64,000 nucleotides of DNA from NCBI GenBank assembly GCA_949292985.1, contig CASFBF010000010.1, positions 13,485-77,484 of the forward strand, written 5' to 3'. The number at the start of each line of letters is the position of its first letter. The stretch's first letter is position 1. Made by a program: the position numbers and the translations under genes. The stretch comes from an uncultured Bacillota bacterium. GTDB taxonomy: Bacteria > Bacillota > Clostridia > Christensenellales > UBA1242. Below the pieces are notes generated by a model that was not told the origin of the DNA, did not search any database, and was given only the letters and a program-made list of their open reading frames with translations. Positions 47,701 through 57,600 of the stretch are shown one piece after another.

Positions 47701-48440
47701 GCAGAAGGCACATCTGATGGACGTGATTTTCTTGCGAATTCTAAAAGTGCTTCATCTTGCGTTTGTTGTGGCTCACGGTCAAGGGCTGCTTTAATGTATC
47801 TGTTGCCACCGAACAATTTTTCAATATCGGCACTTGTGAAACCAAAGCATTTAAGGAAAACACCTATCGAGAATTTATGTTGTCTGTCTACAACCATTTT
47901 AACTGCTTCGTTTGCGCCTTGTTCAATTTCAAGCCACATTCCCCTTTCAGGAATCATTTGCGCACGAAGAGTTGAGTTGTCCTCTTTTTCTCTTGTAAGA
48001 TAAACACTTGGCGAACGAACAATTTGAGAAATGATAACTCTTTCAATTCCGTTTGTAAGGAAAGAGCCGTCTTTACTCATAAGAGGTATATCACCAAAGA
48101 AAACTTCCTGTTCAACTGCTTCGCCTGTTTCTTCAATTACAAATCTTGCTTTAACTTTAAGCGGAACAGAATAAGATGAACCCCTTCTTTTACATTCTTT
48201 CATAGAAAATTTAGGTTCATCAGCCAAGTTTATATCAAGAAAATAAAGTTTGGCTTTTCCGCTATAATCAACAACAGGTGAAAATTCATCAAGCACGCTT
48301 CTAATGCCTTGCTCGATAAACTTTTTATATGAACTTTTTTGAATGTCCAAAAGGTCTGGAATTGGAGCGATTTCATCAAGTTTTGCAAAAGAATATCTTT
48401 CTGTTCTACCAAATTTTTGTTTTTTAAGTGATAATGCCAT
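44730..48440 (-). CDS. rpoB: DNA-directed RNA polymerase subunit beta, with acidic C-terminal tail
   Basis: 1236 aa with conserved beta-subunit blocks (…GRHGNKGV-like GRYGNKGVVS…, …RFGEMEVWALEAYGA…). It sits directly upstream of rpoC. Confidence 0.97.
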   Translation of the reverse strand: MALSLKKQKFGRTERYSFAKLDEIAPIPDLLDIQKSSYKKFIEQGIRSVLDEFSPVVDYSGKAKLYFLDINLADEPKFSMKECKRRGSSYSVPLKVKARFVIEETGEAVEQEVFFGDIPLMSKDGSFLTNGIERVIISQIVRSPSVYLTREKEDNSTLRAQMIPERGMWLEIEQGANEAVKMVVDRQHKFSIGVFLKCFGFTSADIEKLFGGNRYIKAALDREPQQTQDEALLEFARKSRPSDVPSAESTRNYLNAFFFTDAYYNLANVGRFKFNNRLALANRLPGLVAAENIAVKDEVIVKAGEIISEEKARIIQDAGVNEVWIQVNGRKHLMRGNNRVRLSAVIPCDERALGITEEVYYPTLMQIMKENKTKEKRLEAIKENAKNLIVTTLTMDDILATISVYLDCLEGVGTYDKVDHLSNKRLSTVGELLGKAFRSGVQKLVTNIKESLQGKELSEVTPSQIINPKPINKALKDFVSQSQLSQLMDQNNPLSGLSQKRRISAVGPGGVKKERADVGIRDIHYTHYGRICAIETPEGQSIGLIDTLATYVKVNEYGFLETPYRPVDKATGIVSKKYEYKMADIEDKAYIAQATEPLDENGRFINKRVMARHGASMGEVPASQIDYVDVSPRQYISVASALIPFLNSNEVNRVLMGANMQRQAVPVLRPEAPIIGTGMEYRAARDSGALGLAKRAGTVSYVSADEIRILTENGDEDIYPLTKFEKTNAETCNNQKPCVKKGEKVKEGDVIYDGYGCDNGELALGKNILVGYMNWQGYNFEDAILINERLVKEDVYTTIILKEEEVYCRNTKLGDEVITRDIPNLGEEALKNLDENGIIRVGAEVRSGDILVGKVTPKGETELTPEERLLRAIFGDKAREVRDTSLRVKHGKEGVVVDVQVFSKKNKDELDAGVNMMVRVTIAQKRKLSVGDKMAGRYGNKGVVSIIMPENDMPYMANGKPLDILLNPLGVTSRMNIGQVLETHLGLVAGSLGWKIATPDFDGADINQIQELLVSNNFPADGKVQLYDGRTGEPFDNLTTVGYKYMLKLEHMVDSKIHARSIGSYSLITQQPLGGKSLFGGQRFGEMEVWALEAYGASHVLQEMLTIKSDDITGRTKTYESIIKGQPIAEPGIPESFKVLVKELQALGLDIKILTEANQEISINELSMDEQDEHITPIEAEHNFDDISLDFDDLLKQEAEKTDEEEDEVKKSYEEETSSSAIDTADLFDDFGDFDE

Positions 48441-48581
48441 GTCATTCTCCTTATCAACTGAGAAATATGTTATATTAGAACAAAAAAAAGGGTATAAAGC
48501 ACCTATTAAAGCACCTTAAAAAACCCTTTTTTTAAATGTTAAAATACACCAATTCCCCACTTGCACATAATCGTCTATTGA

Positions 48582-48610
48582 ATTCTAGCATATTCAAAAA
48601 ATTTTGTCAA
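48582..48610 (-). promoter_or_regulatory. Candidate sigma-70 promoter for rpoBC
   Basis: Minus-strand TTGACA (48610..48605), 17 nt, TAGAAT (48587..48582), about 135 nt upstream of the rpoB ATG. Confidence 0.5.
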
Positions 48611-48666
48611 CAGTTTTTTTACAAATTTTCGTCAAAAATTATAGCCAAAAAACCTGAAAAATATGC

Positions 48667-51600
48667 TTATAAAAGGCTTTTTTCAAAACTCAAAACCGAA
48701 AATCCAGAAGCGGAAGTTTCCCACAGTGAGTTGTTTTTAAATAAATTATAGAACGATTGCAAAGTCTTTGCTAGTGGTTGTATTGCAGTATCACCAAAAT
48801 TTGTGTATAAATCTGTTCCGTATTCGTTTTGGGTTAACGAGATATCGGAATTATATTTTTTAGCAAAAATAGTTGTGTAGCCTTGGTTTAAAATATCTGC
48901 ATCGCCCACTGTTGTGACTGAACCTGCTATGCTACTATTATAAACATTTGATAATTTTAAATCAGATGATTGAATTATTGAATAAGAAATTTCCTCATCT
49001 TCTTTGTGTTCCCAATCTTCAAGATTTGCATATGTTCGTTGCCCTATTGCAAAGTATCTATCCATTTGTTGTAAACCTTCACCACTTTGCAATATATATG
49101 ATGGATGGTCAGCGCCAAATTGAACACCGTATACTTGTGCTGTTGCGTCAGAAGAATTATTATCTTCAACAGTGATGTTATATGCTGAGGTAGAATAAAT
49201 GTTATTCAGGGTTAATGACGACCCAGAATTATTACCAATAATGCCACCGAAAAAGGCTGTTATTGCACTGGAATAAGTATAAGTGTCAATAATGATTGTG
49301 GCTACCTGAGAATAACTATCGCTTACAGAAACAATCGAGTTTTGATTGACGAAACCAACTATACCACCGATAATTGGTCTTGCTAACTGTCCTTCAATTT
49401 TAAGAGAAGAACTTTTTACTGCTGCCTGCGAAATTGATACTTGTCCTGAGATTTCGCCAACGACTCCACCTAACACATTTCTTGCCACAATATTTCCATC
49501 AACTATAACTTGCGAAATTGAATTGTTGTTTCCCTCAACTTTACCAACAATACCACCAATAGAATCAACAGTGTTAATAACAACTGTTGCGGTTGGCTGA
49601 TTACCAATAATGAAACCTTGTTGCATATAAGCCATTGAAATGGTTCCACCATTTCTTAACAAGCCAGCAATTCCGCCGATTGCATCAGCGACATATGGAG
49701 TTAATGAGAAAGTAGCGCTTGTAACACCATAACTATAAACATAGACATTTGATAAAGAACCTTTTACCTCTCCTGCAATAAAACCTCCATACTTATAGGC
49801 AGAAATTTTCATAGAAGAGTTTATAGCAACCACAACATTGCTTGCAGAAACAGATTTTGCAATTCCTCCAAAAGCGAGTCCTGCTTTAGCGCCCAATATG
49901 TTTAAAGCGCCTCGGGAAATGTTTGTGCCACTAATTTTACCTCTTCCACCCAAATAGCCTATAACGCCACCTGCAAAGGAAAGTTTTGATAAATCTTCGC
50001 TTTCATAATCATTGGTTGCACTGGTTGCAGGGACATTAGTTGCAAAAGCCCCAATTACTGAATCAATATTTTTGATATCATAATTGCCCAAAGCAAGCCC
50101 AATAACACCGCCAACGATATTTTTACCAGTAACCGTAACAATTTCATCTGCCTCAGTAGTTTCCATACCTGAGGTAGAACCGTAAATTTTAATATTGTAA
50201 AGATTTGCATTTTGGATAGTTCCTGCTAACGCCCCAACAATATTTGAATTTGTGAAAGCCACTTCCTGAGGCACAACTGTTAAATTCATTACACAAGCAT
50301 TTGCACTTGTTGAGCCATAAATGTTTGCAAACAAACCTGCGCTTTGGCTTGCAGCACTTGAAGAAAGTTGTATGCCAGAAATCGTGGCTCCGTTACCTTC
50401 CAAACATCCTGATAAATTAACAGAATAGAGATTTGTATAATCAGAAGGCAGAGAAGCATAATTTATATCATTTATAATTCTATAATTTCCAGATGCGATT
50501 TTATTTGGAGAATTTAAATAATTTTCCATAGTTTCTGGCGAATAAATTATATAAGGATTAAACACGCTTCCATCTTCTGGGGTATTTTCTGCGGTGATAT
50601 ATTGATAAATCAAAACCCCATTGGCATCAGTTGTTGTGCCTATGTTTTCTTTTTGACTTGACGCAATGATATTGGCAGAAACTAATTCAAGTCTACCACC
50701 TGCAAATTGCATACCATCAAACTTATCCCCAGTTGTTCCATCGCTATAAAACCAAACACTGCTATAAGACGGAACACTTGAATATGAATAATTTGCAAAA
50801 TATGTAGTTAAATTTGCAAAATCATTTAGTGTAACTTCTCCTGAGTCATTTTCATTGTATGTAAGTTGAGTAATTCCTTCATGAGAAAGTGGCGAAAGAG
50901 TTATGTTAATTTTATTACCCCTAATATAATAGCAATCTTCAAAAACACCATCGCCTTCGCCTGCAAAATAATAGTTTGTGGCACTGTTGTCACCTATAAT
51001 TTTACTAGTTGAGAAGCATCTTTCAATACTTGCCACATTAGAATAAGCAAACCCTGCACTTCTTGAAGAAGTTAAAATTGGAATGTTGGAATAGCAGTCT
51101 TCAATAATCCCCTGATTTGTATGAACAAATCCACCTACTTGCACACTTGAGTCCAACATACTTTCAGTACCATCAGCGTAAACCTTATTACTTGTAACAT
51201 TTCCTGAAACATAACTTGTCAATATTTTAGCGTTTTCAGAATTTGTGGCAACTAGTCCACCCATGACGAAGATGTTGTTATAAGTAGAATTACAAATAAT
51301 CATACCTTCCTTAAAGGCTGAGGAAGCGATTGTCCCTTGATTTACACCGGCTACACCACCCATGCTTATCAAACTTTGTGCTTTAATGTTAACTCTGCTG
51401 TTTGAAATAAATCCTGTATTTTGCCCAGATATTCCGCCAAAATAATAACCTTCGGTAGCAGGAGTTGAAGTAAAAGTTAAGTAAACAGTAGTATTGGAAT
51501 GAGTTTGCACGCTAGCGTTTGTGATTGATCCATTGTTCACCCCAGCAACCAATCCAAAGATAACTGCAGTTGAAGCTGAAGAAGTGAATGAAACGGCGCT

Positions 51601-54600
51601 TATATCTGCACTTCCTATTTCTAAAGTGATATTTTTCAAAACAGTTGAGGTTGAAACATTAGCAAACAACCCTGCTTGACCGATTGAGCCTATGCTATAT
51701 TGCGAATCATTGAAAATAAATTTGTAATTATTACCATCAAGATATGCAATTTGTGTATCTAACGGTACAAATGACTCTGCAGGAATTTCTATATCATTAA
51801 GCAGAATATAATATCCCCCTGGCAACATTTCTAAAAATTCGTCGTAAGATGTGATAGGATTTGGGCTTTGTTCCGAACCACGCATAAAGGCGTTTATATC
51901 AAATTCTGTGTAAATTGGCTTTACACCTCCACCTGTGGCCTCACTTTCGCTTACAAATTCATAAACACCATTATTGATTTTATAATATGATTCAAATGAA
52001 AGGAAATATCTTCTTGAAGAAATTTGTTGAGTTCTTAACGGCGTTAAAGTCAATCCCTCGGTTTTTAAATATGGAATTGTAAGAGAATTATTTGATGTTA
52101 ATATGCTTGCAGTTGAATCAGATTTTTTAAGAGGTATTGAATGAACAGGAATTCCAGATTCATTATTGACATTCAAATCTGTATAAATCGTCCATTTCCC
52201 ATTGGTAGTTAATTGATTCAAGAAATTATTAACTAATGCCACAACAGTGGTATTATTTACGTTATATTCAATCAAATCTCCAAAAGTAACTGACAATCGT
52301 GCCTTTTCACCTAGGGCAATATCTATTACACCATTGCTCATATTAGATATTATATCAAGATTTACAGGATTGCCGTTTGCATCATAATAATTGTAATTTA
52401 TAACATATTCTAGAATAGTAATGTTAATTTCATCATTTGCTGGAACCTCTTGTCCAAACTCGTTAACTCTAGAAGCGGTAAGTAAAATAGAGAAAGTGTT
52501 TTTATTGGCCTGATAATTTATAGCATCGTTAGTAACAACAAGTTGATAATATCCGGTTTGTTCATCTTTAACGATTTGAGCAAGTTGCGGATTTGAGGTT
52601 GTCAGTTGAATATTGTCATAACCAACTGCCTGTACATTTAATAAATAAGAAAGCCCTCTTGCAACTTCTGTTTTGCCAGGATATTCTGCAAAATCAACCG
52701 ATACAAACTCTTGCTTATAAATTTGATATGAGAATGTATTTGAGAACACACCACCATTTTGAATTACAGAAACATCTATAGCAACATTTTGTCCATCAAC
52801 CACGCTATTATTTGAAAACATATATCTTACATAAAACTGCCCTTGATATCCATCAATACTTTCTAAAACTTGTCTTGAAATTCTAATACCATGGCTTGTA
52901 ATTTCACTACCTGAAATTTCAATAAATGTTCCAGTTGTGCTTTCGTATGTACCTAAAACAAATGAGGCTATACTTGAACCTTGCAAACTATTGATAGCAT
53001 TATTATTTATCTCTACGTAATCAAAATCGGCATCAATAGGAGAAAGCGTTATTGAGAACACCCCAACTCTACCAGGCACAACAAAATTTGAATCCTTAAT
53101 TTCTGATAATGAAGGGAAATTATTAACAATAATTGTGTCAACATTTTCTTGGTGTAACGATATTTCAATAACTTTTAAAGCAGTGTTAGGGTTGCTTTTT
53201 GCTTTTAAGTTTAAATAATAAGTTTTATAGATATTCTCAGTTTGTCTATTTTTGAAAGCGGTTGAAGTTTTATCCACGCTAATGTTTAAATTAAATTTAA
53301 GAGATGATGCTTTTGAAACGAACGCATTAAATAAATCAGTAGTTTTTCCTTCTTCATCAACTACTTCAAGTTCGTATAAACCTTCAACTAAATCAGCAAC
53401 CAAACTATCGTTTTTATCATCAGATGTTATTACGATTAAATCATTGTCTCCACTGCTTGGAGTTAAAACATATCTGTCCTTTTTTGTATTTATTGCAGTT
53501 GCGCCTTCATAGTAGTTTATAGATACATTTTTCAAAGTGGTGATTTCAAGTTGATATGTCTTTCCTTCCACATCTACAATAATAGCAGCGGAAAGATTTA
53601 TAATATCTTGCATAGTTGAAGTTGTTGTACTCTGACTTGTTTTAACAAATGTTAAACCGTCACGAGAATCGACGTATGCTCCGTAAGTTAATTGCTTATC
53701 CGCATCACTATCCGCAACACTCACAGAAGCAGAAACCGAATAATTTTTTGCAAGTTGAATTAAATTGCCATTTATGGTTACAAGTCCATCTCTTGAAATT
53801 GAAACGCTTTGAGAATTTATCTGAGTATTCAACAAATAAGATGGCGAAATTAAAACATCGACACCGCCATTAGAATAAACATTAAAACTTGCATTTTGCC
53901 CAAGCGTTAAATTCCCTATGGTAAATATACCAGTTTCTTTTGCGAGAACAATCTCTCCGTCTTGAACTATGTCATTTTCAATTTTATAAGATTGAACATT
54001 AAAATAATTTATAACATTAAAATAAATGATTTCATTTTCTTTTTGATTCAACAAACTGCTGATTTCGACTTTAGCCAAACCAGTACCTTTAACTACAATC
54101 TGCCCTGTTTCAGAAATTTCAAGATTAGCACTTAACGAGGTCATATTTAAGTCAGAGCCTTCAATGATAATAGGATATAAACTATCGCCAATATTTAAAG
54201 TGTTTAGTGGTGATAATGCCTGTTGTGCTAAATGTAAATTTGATGTTGTAAATGCACCATTTTGATAACTACCAGAAGCCTCAAAATAATACATATTTAT
54301 AACGTTAACATTGGTATTGCCATCTGTTGAAGAGTAGGCATAAAAGCCATTATCGCTGTTAGGATGAATGCTAAGTGCTGTAGAAGCATCTTCAAAATTA
54401 AATTTATAAATGACACTTTCTGTTGCACTATTAACTACAATGAAATCCGCATAAAACTGATCTAAGGTAAAGTTTTCTTTTATACTAGTTGATTGCTTGA
54501 CTTCCTGTCTAGTAATATAAGAAGAAAATTCAGCAAAATTACCACAACTAATTTGCGCTTCACTGTCTTCACTTAGTTTAGGCAAATAAAAAGCGATTTT

Positions 54601-57600
54601 ATCTAATTGCTCTTGTTTCGAACCTGTATAAGAAGAAGTGTTGGCAAATAACACGCCCATTGAAGCATATATCCCCAGATGTACGCCATCATCAGTTGCT
54701 TGAATTTTAATACTTGAAGCAGTTTCAGGCAATGTTACATTTGCTTCAACTTTAACGCCAACCAAAGCAATTTCGTTACCGCGAACAAACACACGCGTAG
54801 TGATATCTTCCAACTTTCCTGCGGTCATAGTTCTAACAATACCACCTACACTGTTTGCAAAAATTTCTCCTCCGGCAAGGATCTGTGTTATTTCACCAGA
54901 TGAGACAGCGACAACGGAAGAAGCGTTTCCCGTCAATTCCCCACTGTAATCTTGAACACTAATAAGTGCATAAACTGAATATGCAGAATAGCCAAAAAGG
55001 TCAGCCCTTTCGTCTTCACTTCTACCATTGATTTTACCACCAGCACTTGTACCAGCGATACCTGCCACAAAAGTATTGTCACTGTATTCTTTTGAGGCTT
55101 TTACCAACATTTGACCGTCAAAAAGAACATTCATATTTTTTATTAAGCCCTTGTTTTGTCCAACAAGCCCACCTATGTTACCCGAAACAACTGAAATATT
55201 GCTGGACAAAATTTTTGCGGAAATACTGCCTGTGAAAGTGATGTTTGAGTTATTAAAGTCCCCACCTAAAATTCCGTCTTTGGTAAGAATTCCGCAAACC
55301 AATCCTACATTAACATTGTTATTCGTAGTCTCAACATTTATGCTTCCTTCAAATTTTATTCCTGAAATATTACCAGAAATTTGAGGAAATAACCCAAAAT
55401 TATTATCAACGCCATTTTTTATATTTATTCCTGTGATAACGGCATCACCAGTTAGGCTAATTATAGACCCCGAAAAAACCCTATCCTCTTGTTTAGTTAT
55501 ATTCTTTCCTAACGGTAACTGATCGGTGTAAGAACTTAAATCAATTGTAGTTTCCAGCCTATAATGCGCTTTCATAGCGGCAGAACTTTGGCCAATATTG
55601 ATTAAATCTTGTGCATTTTGAATCCAGAATGGATTTGCGATAGTGCCATTTTCGTAATTAAATGTAATGGAAACTATGCTGTTTTCGTAACCAGAAATAA
55701 TTTTTTCATTGACAAACCAAGCATTAGGGATAATTTGCAATACCCCTGACAACTGACTAAAATTAGAATTATCAGCATTAGAAACGCTCTCATTTAACTC
55801 AACTGAAATAAGCCATGTTCCATTGTCATTTATCTTGGTTATTGAAACATTCTGATTGTTTTGCGAAGTTTTTGAATATAAAACATCTGACAAATTTATC
55901 AACAATGGATCGTCGATGTCGGCATTTGTTGAAATATATCTAACTACTATATCTTTATCCGTTGCGTTATTAGGATTTAAAAATACTGCAACTTGGAAAG
56001 TTGTTTCGCTTGGAGAAAAAACGAACTGAACATCTTGGTCTAAATTAGTGTAAATGTTAGATACATTATCATAAGCCTGACCTTGAATGTTAATAGGAAA
56101 ATATTTTGAAATACCATATTGTCTTAACGAAGCAAACATGGTAAAACTAAATTCATAACCATAATTTGGATTAACAGTAAAGGTCATAGTGTTAGTATCA
56201 AACAATCCAAAATAGTTGCTGGCAGAAATTCCAATTTTGTAAATATTGCCATACACCATTTTATCGGCCAATTCATTGTTTGTCGCATTGAAACAAAGGG
56301 TGGTATCATTTAGAGTCCAATATATGTATTGAGTTTTAAAAGTGTCGTTAATCATTTCATCAGTCAAAGGATTATAAAACCCATAAGCGTTAGAAGGCGA
56401 AATAGTACTAGTAAATGATGTTGTTTGTAACGAAGAATCGCTTATATTATTTCCTACATACAAAGAAACACTGCTTGCGGAGATATCACTGCCTGCAACA
56501 TTCAAATTAAACTGTGAAACTGGAACTGTACTTACAAAATTAACTCTGGCATATTTAGTGGTGGTTTGTTTTATAAAATCTTTATCGACAACAACACCTT
56601 TAACAGCAAAATCTAAAACAGTTTCACCAAAAGAATTCGTTGAAACAGTATATACGGCGTTGCCATTTTGGGCTATGCTTAGAATATTTCCATTAGTGAA
56701 TTTGTAGGTGATGTTGTCAAAAATTTGTTTTCCATTTGATGATGTAAGTTCAACAGTAGCATTTTTCCCATAAGTTATTATTGGTTGATTATTAGCATCA
56801 ATGCTTGATGAATTTTGCAAAATAATGTTCATTTCATCATTTAATTGTCCTAACTCTGGATCAATGCTAGGTTCAACTTTTTCATAACTTAACACACCAT
56901 TATTTTCTGTACCAGCAATATTTACAGAAAGGGAATCAAAAGTATTGATAACTCTAAAAGTAACAAGTTTAGAAACACCATTATCTAGCATTATTTTATA
57001 AGTCGCAATACCAGTTTTTCTTGGCGTAATTTTTAAACAAACAGTGTTTTGTTCTGTTTCAAATTCAACCAATTCAGCATCAATATACTCAACAATTACT
57101 GAGCCTTCATCGCCACTATAAAATAAAGGAGTAACGCTTTTAAAAGCATAATCAGAAACTAAATGTGCAAAAATTTCAGCTTGTGAAGATGACGAAACAA
57201 AAACGCCTGAATTTTCATTATTTTCATAATATTCATATGGAACGCCGGCATCATCAAAAACCAAAGAGGTCGCACCAGTAGAGATAGTGTAATTTACGCT
57301 ATAAACAACTGAATTTGTATCCTGAGAAATATAATCACTAACTACTTCAAACTTAATTTGTTTAGACTGCGTACTTTCACCAACTGATGAAGCTCCCCTA
57401 ATAAAAATAGGTTCGTTTATGTTATAAACTTTAAAAGGAGATGAAACTGTTTTATTTTGATATTTAACAATCACATCATTACCAAAAGTTACTAACACAT
57501 AATCAAAACTGCTATCTGTTCTATAAACATCAATTTTAAATTCTTGCCAACCGTAATCGCCATCATAATAATTATAGAAATGGTAGTTATTTTCTGGAGC

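Noticed and set aside
48482-48533. A8-GGGT…ACCC-T8 palindrome in the rpoB leader, considered as a terminator or attenuator. It also contains a tandem AGGTGCTTTA x2 on the minus strand.
   Set aside because: The stem has only four G:C pairs around a 28-nt loop. The rest of the stem is the A and T runs pairing with each other, which would consume the T-tract. I cannot support it as a terminator, and the 10-nt tandem repeat alone is too short to interpret.
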